Shown here piece by piece: positions 38,758-51,457 of a stretch of DNA of 64,000 nucleotides. The stretch is from Leucoraja erinacea. Its lineage: Eukaryota. The translations under genes and the position numbers were made by a program. The notes beneath the pieces are model-generated. The model ran no database searches and had not been told where the DNA came from. It saw only the letters and a list, made by a program, of their open reading frames with translations. The number at the start of each line of letters is the position of its first letter. The stretch's first letter is position 1. The stretch is taken from NCBI RefSeq assembly GCF_028641065.1, contig NW_026576125.1:62001-126000 (forward strand), written 5' to 3'.

Positions 38758-41700
38758 TTTTACTTCGGAGTCAAGTGCGTGACTACGTGAGGAACCCACT
38801 CAGCACGAATGCGCGGCATTACGTTCACGCAGGCAACAGCGGCAAGCGGGAGTCAGGCGCTCCCGCTACAAGCCTGAAGGAAGGAACCGTTAGGTAAGTA
38901 CTTACCTTCAGTTTTAACTAGCGACTCGCGTCTGTTTGTTGCTCCAGGTGGAGCAAAGCAGCAGATGCAAGCGGCCCCCGTTGGACTCTGGGGAAGGAGC
39001 GTTCCGTTCGCGGAGGGGGGAGAGACGGCACCAGGACCGCACGCTGCGGTCCACAGATAGGGAGCTGCGTCGGTGCCAGTCCAGACGTAAGCCCCCCACC
39101 CCCCCTTGGCCTCCGGAGAAGGAGCGTTCCGTTCGCGGAGGGGAGAGAGACGGCACCAGGACCACACACGCTGCGGTCCACAGACAGAGCTGCGCTGGTT
39201 TCCAGTCCAGAGGCACAGCGGGAGTCAGGCGCCCCCGCTACAGTTAAAAAACGGACCATCAGGTAAGTCTACTCTGAGGTCGGTTTTCCTGGCATGGAGC
39301 GGCTCATGGAGCGTAAGCTCCAGCGAGACGTGCTTCGTGAGGAGCAGTTTCGCAGAGGGAATTCAGGCACTCCCTCCACACTGGCCATTGCTTCCTCCTC
39401 ATCCGAGGACAGCTTTGGCGACCAGAGCTGGGCTGGTCAAGAAGATGGGCACTGGCTGAACAACATCGGGAGTATGCTTGGGGTACAGGATCAGGGAGAG
39501 CTGCTGGGTGTGGCCGCTACGTGGTTTCACCACGAGCAAGATGGCCTTTCAGTCTTAACTGATGGCCAGCCTACTACCTGTTTTTTCCAAAAAACCTCTC
39601 CAAGACTGGTAGCCATGAGGCATTGGTTTCATCACGCCTCCCCTAAATTGCATTTACTCGAAGTGCCCGCCATTATTGGGGGATACATTGAGCAGCGCAT
39701 TTTAACCCAAATATCTTAAAATTGCATTTGATACCCTGACGTCGGCTATCATGTCCACCTGCTCATTCCAGAAGGGCAGGGTAGTATGGCAAAACACCTG
39801 ACCCTACTGTTCAACAGTATACCCCGTAACTTCTCAAGGGAAGTCACAAACCTGCCCTCAATGTATGAAATTCACAGGACTGTGAGAACGCCGACCTCAC
39901 AACCACAGATCCTGCTACCTGGCACTTACCAAACCAGTCCTAAAAACTGGACGAAGTGTTCAAACTATTCGGCACAAGAGGGCAGAGTCTGGAATGAGCA
40001 CCACACTAAACCAGACAGCAGTACCTCTACGCGTCCACCAGGGGCGTCTACCTCATGGTACTGGTGAAAGCTCGGGGCCTGCATGCCAATCCCGTAAGCC
40101 TTTTAGGCCAGGGCCCACAGCAGGCCCCATGGAAAATGCTCCACCCCCCAACAAACATCGTCCCTACAAGAACAAGGAACCAGAAACTGAAGAAAACAAC
40201 AATGAAGGCAGATAGGTTTGGTTCCTACTATCACATAAAGGTGAAGGGTTTGTACTAACAAGGGGTGGGTGAATCACACCTGGTTAGGAAGCTATCACTC
40301 GTGGTAGTTATATACCAAAATATATATTCAAGGGGAATAGAATTAATATCCTGCCACCAAATCAGCAAGCACCCCAAGGGGTCTACCCTCCCACAATGGT
40401 GAATGTCGCACCATCATTGATTAACCACTTGAGTATTTCACCAGGTATACCCACATGGGATTTGTAACTCCTACCATGGATCCAAGGACACTTTATGGTA
40501 GACATCGACTTTGAAGATGCATACTATTCAGTGCCTTTTCATATAAGTTTTTTGGATATACCACAATTACCTGGATGGGGTAACCATGCGAGCATTGCCA
40601 TTTTCATTCGCTGCACATCTCGCGTGTGTATGTGACAAATAAACTTGATTTGAGTATTGAATTGGCATATAAGCCGAAGCTATTCCAGAATCAAACCAGC
40701 CCTGACACTTAAGGAACATTCCGTCATGGCATGTCTATATATTAATGACAGACTATCCTTGGATAAAGCTTTATTAGCTGCATTAGCTACTAACTTATTT
40801 AGCTGGCTCTGTCATATATCCAGATATTACGTTGACCATCCACAACATTGTCTATCTGGTATTCATTAATGCTATCAGTTATGGTAACATTTAACCACCA
40901 TTCAACTACGTGGCAAAGTAATTGGGATAGTAGCAGCATTACCAGCTACTGAACATTGTCCCTTTCCTATGAGCTGAGATACTAGTGTTCAAACTATATT
41001 CCATACCTATAATATGGTGGCAAATGGACTAATCTGGAGTGTCATCATGGAATTCATCTGCATAGGAAGGATTATGGTTGTACACTTCCACCTGGTTTCA
41101 GTAACATCTTATGTGTTCTGATGTGTTACTGAGCTTGTAATACTTAGTGCCAATACGAGTTGACTTAAACGTGTTATATATCAAATTTTACTTACTTCTA
41201 GTGAAACATTGCTCAGTAATGCACCATTCTGCATGTTCGTTTATAAATTAACAAGTGGTGGCATATACCAAACCACTTGGGCAGAGAACATCGATATTAG
41301 GTGACAATTTATTAACAATTGGTAACGGTATGTCGTCAAACATGTTTGACCATCAGTAACTTACCTATTCAGGTGAGCTAAATACTGTAAACAAAGATTT
41401 AAACCAAAAATATTTGCTGAAAGTAATAAGCAATATGGACACCAGATATCGATTTCCTTATATTCAATTAAATCGCCACGTACTAACCTACGTCGCCACG
41501 TACTAACGTACGTCGCATGAAACCAATCTCAAGCCAGCGGCGATGAATTCATCCCTGCGTATTGGGGGGGAATCTAATCTCTATGTTCTCCCTTCCTTCT
41601 ACCTCTTCAATAGGTACTACGGCTTCATCAGTCGGGTACTACGCAAATTACAGTGGACTAAGTCCACAGGCATGGTTCCCAGCGATCCTCGACATGGTCA

Positions 41701-43116
41701 TTAAAAGAATTGCAGAATTGGGAAGACCACTGCTGTGTTTGGATCAGACAGCACTATCAACATGATGACAGCACTCCGTCGCATATCCACTAGGGAACAT
41801 ACCTGACGAACATCAAGAAATGGGAAACTGTTCAAAAACAGAAACTACACATTCAACTACAACAAAAACCTGTACTGGAGTTCCTGGCAGGTCTCCACCA
41901 CAATGAAGGAAAAGTTCTGTCAACCTGCTCAAGTTGGGCACCACGACAACAGGGCAAAGGGTACCGCTCACTGGTGATCAGATACAGGAGAGGTATATAC
42001 ATACATTCCCCAGAAATAGGTACACCCAAATTGGGATGTCAGTGAAGTCCTGACATACCTTAGGGGATGATCACCAGCCAGGTCCCTCACCCTGGAACAG
42101 CCTACCCTGAAGATGGACATGCTGGAGGCCTTACATCAACACAAAGAGCCAGTTCTTCCATCTACTGCGATTGGACAACATGGTTATAACACCAGATAGT
42201 GTCACGTTTCCCATTCAAGGGCTGGCCAAACAGAACAGACCAGGAACATCAGGTCCAGTCATGGAATTCCGGGCATACCCACCTGAACCACGTTTTATGT
42301 GTCATGACCCACTTAGAGATCTACATCGACACAATAAGCAATACCGAGGGAGAGGAAAAAGCCTTATGGGTCAGCCACAATAAACCTCATGGTCAGGTGA
42401 TGAGCTAAACTATCTCTAGTGGCTCAAGCAGGTACTGGGAGTTGCTGGAGTAAATACTAACGTGTATAAATCTTATTCTACCAGGACAGCTTCCACGTCA
42501 GTGACTAAGATGATGGACGAGCCTATGGACCACATCCTGGCTACAGCGGGGTGGTCTAGGGAGTATACGTTCCAAACTTTTAATACAAACCACTGACAGA
42601 ACCTATGTCGGTTGCAGAAAAGAATCTGCAAAACATATGTAATTTAAGCCAGGGGAGCATTTGGTCTTGTTATTGTTAATAGCACCATTATTATTTTTAC
42701 AAACAGATTCATCATTGATTACGATAACATACTTCCTCCCTCGAATGACTTCGGCAGCGAGTGAAGTATGAAATGTTACATGGTTTGATATCACAGAGCT
42801 TTAAAATCTTCACGCAGTCACTCACGTGACTCCGAAGTAAAATAGTAAGATTAAACGAGAACTTACGATGAGTTACGATGAGGGAATACGTGCCCTCCGC
42901 TCTCACCCTAAAATAATATGGGTCAAACTGATAACTGAGGTCTTTTCTTTACTATGTTTATTTCTATAACTGGGTCTTTCTGTGATTCCACACCGCTGCT
43001 TTGAAGTATGCCGCGCATGCGTGCTGAGCGGGTTCTGCACGTAATCCCTCATCGTAACTCCTCATAAAATACAGATCAAACTTCAAACTGGTAAGTTCTC
43101 GTTTAATCTTACTATT
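38758..43116 (+). mobile_element. DIRS1-type tyrosine-recombinase retrotransposon, degenerate ORFs but intact ends
   Basis: Inverted terminal repeats (38784-38819 vs 43008-43044) and an internal complementary region at 42811-42892. RT remnant DIDFEDAYYSVP (~40500), methyltransferase-like remnant (~41450-41700) and YR motif YSTRTASTS...ILATAGWS...TF (~42450-42590). Confidence 0.88.
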
Positions 43117-43384
43117 ATTTGTTATTTGCACGATTTGTTATTTATTGAAGTGTTTTTTTCACTTCCCCCGTTATGCATTATGTTTACATATTCACATATT
43201 CTGTTGTGCTGCAGCAAGTAAGAATTTCCTTGTCCCGTGTGGTACATATGACAATAAAACACTCTTGACTCTTCTTGACTCACTCACACACTGCAACACT
43301 TGTCCTTCAGTGCTAAACTTGCCTGGACCCTATTTTGTGATGGGGTAAAAGATGTGATGATTAGAGTGAATCCCAGCACCGTAC

Positions 43385-43702
43385 CTTGAAAGCTTTTCAC
43401 TTCCCGGCTGATACTGGTGTTCGAGGGGGGATGAGACACTGTACAGCCGAAGACTGAGCCTTTCTTCCAATCCTCTGAACTCACATTCAGGAAGTGGCTG
43501 GCACTGAAAGTCCCCCCCTGCTCCAGAGCAGTCGGTGTAGCGCTGGTGGTGGAGGAGATCGGGGCTCCGTCTTTCTCCCAAGTGACGTTAATGAGGTCCG
43601 GGTAGAAACCAGAGAGCACACACTCGAGGATGGCTGTGTGGCTGCGCTTGGTCTCTTGGTGAGCTGGAGGCAGCAGTCTGACCTTGGGTCTTTTTGTTTC
43701 AA
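43385..43702 (-). CDS. IgW: IgW C4'-type exon, downstream array unit 2
   Basis: Open frame, canonical phase-1 splice sites, 318 nt. Confidence 0.85.
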
Positions 43703-44137
43703 CTGGAACAGAGGAGCAAAGTAGATGTGAGTCCCTCTTCCTCAAGGGCCTGTCCCACTTTACACAACTTTTTTGGCGACTGCCGGCACCCGTCATAGGT
43801 CGTTACAGGTCGCCGAAAATTTGAAACAGGTCATGTTGAAAATCCAGCGGTGACCAGCACAAGGTACGACTCTTTGGGCGACTACACACGACGATGCAGG
43901 CTTCACACCGCGACATATCACCAGGGTGTCGCCTGCATGGGCGTGAGTAGTCTCCTCAGTCGCTCAAAGAGTCGTAGCGTCTTTCTGGTCACCACTGGAT
44001 TTTCAACATGTTGAAAATTTTCGCCGACCTACAATGACCTACGACGGGTGTCGGCCGTCACTGAAATAGTTGCGTAAGTGGGAAAGGCCCTTCATGGTAA
44101 CTAATGTTGGCCGTATCATTGCCGATCTCTCGCCCAC

Positions 44138-44440
44138 CTTTGGCACTTTCTGTCCGTGCTGACACTGGTGAGGATGATGGAGATCGTTGGGCAGAGCACA
44201 CAACCTCCACCCCGCTGGTCCACTCCTCCACACTGCTCCGGAGTTTACTGCTCACTCTGTCTTGTGTACTTTCCCCTCTCGGTTGGTGGGTCACAGCCCC
44301 TGTAGTTCTCTCCCTTCCGCTCACTTGCCAGTAGACTTGGACCTGGCTCAGATCAGCGCCCATTACCACGCACACCACAGTAGCGGTCTTGTTGATCCAA
44401 ATCTCTTCAGTAGAGGGGTTTTGGATAAAGACAGACAATT
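44138..44440 (-). CDS. IgW: IgW C3'-type exon, downstream array unit 2
   Basis: Open frame, canonical phase-1 splice sites, 303 nt. Confidence 0.85.
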
Positions 44441-44564
44441 CTGCAGATGAGAAATAGGAAGCTTACAAACCGGACAAGGTCTGGTGTTGTCGTCACCGAT
44501 CAGGACTCTGACGACTTGCATTCATTTTCCAGACTCACTTTATTGACGTGTGCATAAGGAACAA

Positions 44565-45260
44565 CCTCTCTCTCAATGTCTGCTAAACTAAAGAGCTGAT
44601 CATGGACTACAGGAGACAGCAGGGGAGTGGACACCTCCCCATCCATATCGGTGATGTTGACATTGAAAGGGTCAGCAGCTTCAAGTTCCTCAGTGTGTAC
44701 ATCAGTGAGGACCTCTCCTGGACACTGCACACGGACACAATAACTAAGAAAGCCCGCCAGCGGCTCTTTCTCCTGACAATACTGAGGTAGTTTGGCATGA
44801 ACGCCAGCATCCTCACAAACGTCTACAGATGCACCATCGAGAGCCTGCTGACGGGTTGCATCACAGTCTGGTACGGGAACTGTTCTGCCCACAGCCACAA
44901 ATCACTACAGAGAATGGAGAAGGCGGCACAGCACATCACTGGCAACTGTCTCCTGGCCATTCAGGACATTTTCCACTGGAGAGTGGTGCCTGCTGCACAG
45001 CATCATCAGGGACCACAGCCACCCAGCACACAGACTGTTCTCCTTGTTACCGTCAGGCACATGATATAGGAGCTTCAGGACATCAGGCTAAATACTATAT
45101 TATTTGTTATTTGCACTATTTGTTATTTATTGAACTTTTTTTTCACTTCCCCCGTTAGGTACTATGTTTACATATTCACATATTCTGTTGTGTTGCAGCA
45201 GGTAAGAATTTCTTTGTCCCGTCCGGGACATATGACAGTAAAACACTCTTGACTCTTCTT
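44565..45260 (+). mobile_element. Rex1/Babar LINE fragment repeated at array junctions
   Basis: DYRRQQG...SSFKFL.VYISEDLSW...LR*FGMN. The same stop codon is present in the copies at ~38180-38750 and ~46500-47230. Confidence 0.85.
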
Positions 45261-45368
45261 GACTCACTCACACACTGCAACACTTGTCCTTCAGTGCTAA
45301 ACTTGTCTGGACCCTATTTTGTGATGGGGTAAAAGATGTGATGATTAGAGTGAATCCCAACACCGTAC

Positions 45369-45686
45369 CTTGAAAGCTTTTCACTTCCCGGCTGATACTG
45401 GTGTTCGAGGGGGGATGAGACACTGTACAGCCGAAGACTGAGCCTTTCTTCCAATCCTCTGAACTCACATTCAGGAAGTGGCTGGCACTGAAAGTCCCCC
45501 CTTGCTCCAGAGCAGTTGGTGTAGCGCTGGTAGTGGAGGAGATTGGGGCTCCGTCTTTCTCCCAAGTGACGTTTATGAGGTCCGGGTAGAAACCAGAGAG
45601 CACACACTCGAGGATGGCTGTGTGGCTGCGCTTGGTCTCTTGGTGAGCTGGAGGCAGCAGTCTGACCTTGGGTCTTTTTGTTTCAA
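45369..45686 (-). CDS. IgW: IgW C4'-type exon, downstream array unit 3
   Basis: Open frame, canonical phase-1 splice sites, 318 nt. Confidence 0.85.
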
Positions 45687-46074
45687 CTGGAACAGAGGAG
45701 CAAAGTAGATTTGAGATCCTCTTCCGCAAAGGCTTGTCCCACTTACGTGACTTTTTCGGCATCTGCCGCCACCTGTCATAGGTCGGTACAGGTCGCCGAA
45801 AATTTTCAACATGTTGAAAATCCAGCGGTGACCAGAACAAGGAACGAATCTTTGTCGCCAGGGTGTCGCCTGTATGGTCGTGAGTAGTCTCCTCAGTCGC
45901 CCAAAGAGTCGTAACGTCTTTCTGGTCACCACTGGATTTTCAACATGTTGAAAATATTCGCCGACCTGCAACGACCTACAACGGGTGCCGGCCGTCACCA
46001 AAATAGTTGCGTAAGTGGGAAAGGCCCTTCATGGTAACTAATGTTGGCCGTATCATTGCCGATCTCTCGCCCAC

Positions 46075-46377
46075 CTTTGGCACTTTCTGTCCGTGCTGAC
46101 ACTGGTGAGGATGATGGAGATCGTTGGGCAGAGCACACAACCTCCACCCCGCTGGTCCACTCCTCCACACTGCTCCGGAGTTTACTGCTCACTCTGTCTT
46201 GGGTACTTTCTCCTCTCGGTTGGTGGGTCACAGCCCCTGTCGTTCTCTCCCTTCCGCTCACTTGCCAGTAGACTTGGACCTGGCTCAGATCAGTGCCCAT
46301 TACCACGCACACCACAGTAGCGGTCTTGTTGATCCAAATCTCTTCAGTGGAGGGGTTTTGGATAAAGACAGACAATT
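46075..46377 (-). CDS. IgW: IgW C3'-type exon, downstream array unit 3
   Basis: Open frame, canonical phase-1 splice sites, 303 nt. Confidence 0.85.
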
Positions 46378-47384
46378 CTGCAGATGAGAAATAGGAAGCT
46401 TACAAACCGGACAAGGTCTGGTGTTGTCGTCACCGATCAACTGGACTCTGACAACTTGCATTCATTTTCCAGACTCACTTTATTGACGTGTGCATAAGGA
46501 ACAACCTCTCTCTCAATGTCTGCTAAACTAAAGAGCTGATCATGGACTACAGGAGACAGCAGGGGAGTGGACACCTCCCCATCCATATCGGTGATGTTGA
46601 CATTGAAAGGGTCAGCAGCTTCAAGTTCCTCAGTGTGTACATCAGTGAGGACCTCTCCTGGACACTGCACACGGACACAATAACTAAGAAAGCCCGCCAG
46701 CGGCTCTTTCTCCTGACAATACTGAGGTAGTTTGGCATGAACGCCAGCATCCTCACAAACGTCTACAGATGCACCATCGAGAGCCTGCTGACGGGTTGCA
46801 TCACAGTGTGGTACGGGAACTGTTCTGCCCACAGCCGCAAATCACTACAGAGAGTGGAGAAGGCAGCACAGTACATCACTGGCAACTGTCTCCTGGCCAT
46901 TCAGGACATTTTCCACTGGAGAGTGGTGCCTGCTGCACAGCATCGTCAAGGACCACAGCCACCCAGCACACAGACTGTTCTCCTTGTTACCGTCAGGCAG
47001 ATGATACAGGGGCATGGCTGCAAGTACCACCTGACTTAAGAGCAGATTTTACAATCAGGCCATCAGGCTAAATACTATATTATTATTTGGTATTTACACT
47101 ATGTTTGTTATTTATTGAAATGTTTCTTTTTTTCCCTTCCCCCGTTATGCACTATGTTTATATATTCACATATTCTGTTGTGCTGCAGCAAGTAAGAATT
47201 TTATTGTCCCGTCCGGGATATATGACAATAAAACACTTTTGATTCTTCTTGACCCTAGTCTAGGCTTTGTGGTCATCCCTCACTCACACACTGCAACACC
47301 TGTCCTTCAGTGCTAAACTTGTCTGGACCCTATTTTGTGACGGGGTAAAAGATGTGATGATTAGAGTGAATCCCAGCACCGTAC

Positions 47385-47702
47385 CTTGAAAGCTTTTCAC
47401 TTCCCGGCTGATACTGGTGTTCGAGGGGGGATGAGACACTATACAGCCGAAGACTGAGCCTTTCTTCCAATCCTCTGAACTCACAGTCAGGAAGTGGCTG
47501 GCACTGAAAGTCCCCCCCTGCTCCAGAGCAGTCGGTGTAGCGCTGGTGGTGGAGGAGACTGGGGCTCCGTCTTTCTCCCAAGTGACGTTTATGAGGTCCG
47601 GGTAGAAACCAGAGAGCACACACTCGAGGATGGCTGTGTGGCTGCGCTTGGTCTCTTGGTGAGCTGGAGGCAGCAGTCTGACCTTGGGTCTTTTTGTTTC
47701 AA
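47385..47702 (-). CDS. IgW: IgW C4'-type exon, downstream array unit 4
   Basis: VETKRPKVRLLPPAHQE...LECVLSGFYPD...FGCIVSH. Acceptor ttccag, donor G|GTACGG, 318 nt. Confidence 0.85.
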
Positions 47703-48139
47703 CTGGAACAGAGGAGCAAAGTAGATGTGAAACCCTCTTCCTCAAGGGCCTGTCCCACTTACACAACTTTTTTGGCGACTGCCGGCACCCGTCATAGCTC
47801 GTTACAGGTCGCCGAAAAATGTAAACATGTTGAAAATCCAGCGGTGACCAGCACAAGGTATGACTATTTGACTCAAGGTATGACTACTCACGACCATACT
47901 GGCTTCACCCCGCGACATGTCACCAGGTTGTCGCCTGCATGGGCGTGAGTAGCCTCCTCAGTCGCCCAAAGAGTCGTAACGTCTTTCAGGTTGCCACTGA
48001 ATTTTCAAAATGTTGAAACTTTTTGGCGACCTACAATGACCTATGACGGGTGCCGGCCATCACCGAAAAAGTTGCGTAAGTGGGAAAGGCCCTTCATGGT
48101 AACTAATGTTGGCCGTATCATTGCCGATCTCTCGCCCAC

Positions 48140-48442
48140 CTTTGGCACTTTCTGTCCGTGCTGACACTGGTGAGGATGATGGAGATCGTTGGGCAGAGCA
48201 CACAACCTCCACCCCGCTGGTCCACTCCTCCACACTGCTCCGGAGTTTACTGCTCACTCTGTCTTGGGTCCTTTCCCCTCTCGGTTGGCGGGTCACAGCC
48301 CCTGTAGTTCTCTCCCTTCCGCTCACTTGCCAGTAGACTTGGACCTGGCCCAGATCAGCGCCCATTACCACGCACACCACAGTAGCGGTCTTGTTGATCC
48401 AAATCTCTTCAGTAGAGGGGTTTTGGATAAAGACAGACAATT
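48140..48442 (-). CDS. IgW: IgW C3'-type exon, downstream array unit 4
   Basis: LSVFIQNPSTEEIWINKTATVVC...EEWTSGVEVVC. Acceptor ctgcag, donor G|GTGGGC, open frame, 303 nt. Confidence 0.85.
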
Positions 48443-48714
48443 CTGCAGATGAGAAATAGGAAGCTTACAAACCGGACAAGGTCTGGTGTTGTCGTCACCG
48501 ATCAACTGGACTCTGACGATTTGCATTCATTTTCCAGACTCACTTTATTGACGTGTGCATAAGGAGAGCAGCACAGTCCCACTTACCTGCTGCTCTGAAA
48601 TTACATTCAGCATTTATACATAGTTTGACCCTTGAAATTATGCGCACACTCTAATTTCTTATAATTGAACACAATACATTTTCCACAACACTTATACAAA
48701 TACATTAACACTAA

Positions 48715-51457
48715 TGGCCCTGTCTCACGGTGTGAGTCCACCTACGAGTGATCCCGAGTGAAAGAAAAAATCAACCTCGTGGTTGTCTACGAGATTCCAA
48801 GTTTATTTTCACGAGTTTAAACGCGTTCCCACGTGTATGTCTAAGTTTGCCATTTACTTCTCATTTCTGCGATGTACCAAGTTACTCTCCCGAGTTACCA
48901 AGCTCCTCTCCAGAGTTATTCTTGAGCCAACAACGACTACCGACATGTGGAAAAATCATCACATGGTAAAAATGATGTCATGCAGTTTTTTTTCACTCTA
49001 AAAAGACCCAGCCTGAAGAACGACCTCGACCCGAAACATCACCTATTTCTTTTCTCCACGGATGCTGCCTGACCAGTTGAGTTAGTCCATCATTTTGTGT
49101 CTATCTTTGGTTTAAACTGGTATCTGCAATTCCTTCCTTCAAACTTTTAGAGCAGTTTGTTTCAAGAAACAATCCTTCCAAAATTGCATTCAAAAGTCCA
49201 CTTGAACAGCATTTGTCATTGAAAGGCAGAGGCTATTTTGTGTCGGGAGGAACTGCAGATGCTGTTTTACACCGAAGATAGATACAAAAAGCTGGAGTAA
49301 CTCAGCGGGACATGCAGCATTTCTGGAGAGAAGGAATGGGTGACATTTCTGGTCGAGTCCCTTCTTCAGACTGAAAAAACCTTTCGATCCTTCTCTCCAC
49401 AGATGCTGCCGGCTTGGCTGAGTTACTGCAGCTTTTTGTGTCTAGTAAGATTATTTTATTCCCTTAATTTATCTCTCATCAAAACGTTGGTAAACTTCTA
49501 ACAAAAAGATTAGGTAAATTGAACTTTAACGTTATTTTTTCTCCCAACAGCAAGGTCCGTAGACCAGACGGATAGCAGTGTGTGTGTCTCTACTCACCCA
49601 GTATGTCCGTCAGAACAGGGATCCCACCATTGCGACTTAAACTGTATAAAAAGCAGTGGCTCACAACATTGCTGATTGGGCAGATCTGCTCAGAAACCAC
49701 CCCTTTCACACTCACCCCAGCCCTGGAAAACAACATTTTCAGAGCTCTACAGTCACTCAAGCCCGCCAGCGAACCGCCGAATGAAAGACAAAGCTCAGAT
49801 GTGCTCTTCAGCAGTGGCATCCCAGAGTTTCCCAGCGCCTGGCCCAAGTTGCAATTTAAACTCAGGTAAACTGATTTTTTATTTAAAACCCAAATACAAT
49901 TGGACCTTAATTGTAAATATGAGAATGTTTTCCTATATTGTACGGTAGACTATCATCCAGTGTAGACACCATCATTTATTGGAAAAATATGAATATACAA
50001 AAAACAGGGGTTAGTTAAAAATTGGAGTCATATCCCATCTACAGCTCACGTTCTCTTGCTGTGTTTCTAAGAAAGGTCATTAAGGACTTATGTTATGTGT
50101 TTTTGTTGGACTGAAACCAACCCATTTACAACATAAAGCTGTGGGTAACTTTTTAGTAGAATACTTGTGATGTAAAGAACCAGAAATTAATTTATTTTAC
50201 ATAACACACAAAAATAACTCTGGTCTTAATTACCAATGCAGCTTGTGAACTTATTTGCAGGTGCGGCAGCATCTATGGAGTGAAGGAAATAGGCAACGTT
50301 TCAGGCCAAATCCCTTCTTCAGACTGAAGAAGTGTTTCAGCCTGAAACGTTGCCTATTTCCTTCGCTCCATAGATGCTGCTGTACCCACTGAGTTTCTCC
50401 AGCACTTTTGTCTACCTTCGATTTTCCAGCATCTGCAGTTCCTAAACTTGTGAACTTATTTTGTGAACTTCCCCACTGAATGCTTCCTATCTTTTGCAAG
50501 CATATTGCACGGGTTAGTACAAATACGGTTAAAACTCTGAATAACAACATGCCATGAAGGAGCTTCCAAAGATTCATTTATCAAGAAGCTAGAGTAACTA
50601 AGCACGACAGACGGCATCTCTGAAATGAAGGAATAGGTGACGTTTCGGGTCGAGACCCTTCTTCGATTTTAAACCTGCATCTGCAGTTCCTCCCCATTTA
50701 TAATTTTGACATTTATTAAATTATAAAATAAAATCCCATTTACAACATTGTTTTGAGCAATTGTTCTCTAACGTGGACAGACTGGGTGGAAAGTGATGCC
50801 TGACAAAAATCCCTTGTATAACGCATCAGTCTTCAATAACTGATGTTAATGTGTCGGATATAAATCCTGAGATCGGACACCTGTCCCATATATCTGCTTC
50901 TCCATAAAAAGTGCATTAACCCAACAGGGATTCATGGCACCGTTTCAATGTGAAAAGGTAAAGTTCTGAAGGGAACTAATTCACTCTCACAATGCAGCTT
51001 TCCCAACACTGTATGGTTCATTCCTTTTACCACTGTTTCTCAGATCACCGGTGAGTGCTTTTTGCTCTTTAACAGCGAATTATTAGATCACTGTAAAATG
51101 TTCCATTAAGATCTGACTAATCTTCAACATTTCACTTTTGGCACTCAGGCCAAACCCACGAGTTACTCACGAGTCACTACAGTAAACTCACGGGCTACTA
51201 CGGTATTACAAGGAGTTTAAAAGTTTCACATTTTTCCTTCAAGAGTAAATTTGACTCATGGAAATCTTTCAAAATGTTGAACATTTTTCACGAGTTAACA
51301 AGTTTCCCGAGTACCTGCCGTTAGCGTTACGAGTCGTTAAGTTACGTCCACGAGTTCCAACGTTCCCGCTACATTAATTCTACGTGATTACCACGAGTTT
51401 GATTTGTTTTTAACTCGGGATCACTTGTGGGTGGACTCGCACCATGGGACAGGGGTT
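48715..51457. mobile_element. PIF/Harbinger-like non-autonomous element, ~2.7 kb
   Basis: Imperfect ~45-bp inverted ends (tggccctgtctcacggtgtgagtccacctacgagtgatcccgagt / actcgggatcacttgtgggtggactcgcaccatgggacaggggtt), flanked by TAA on both sides. Confidence 0.6.

Noticed and set aside
48580-48605. Strong minus-strand donor CAG|GTAAGT with a possible 8-nt micro-exon upstream of C3' unit 4
   Set aside because: It ends in phase 0, which is incompatible with the phase-1 C exons.
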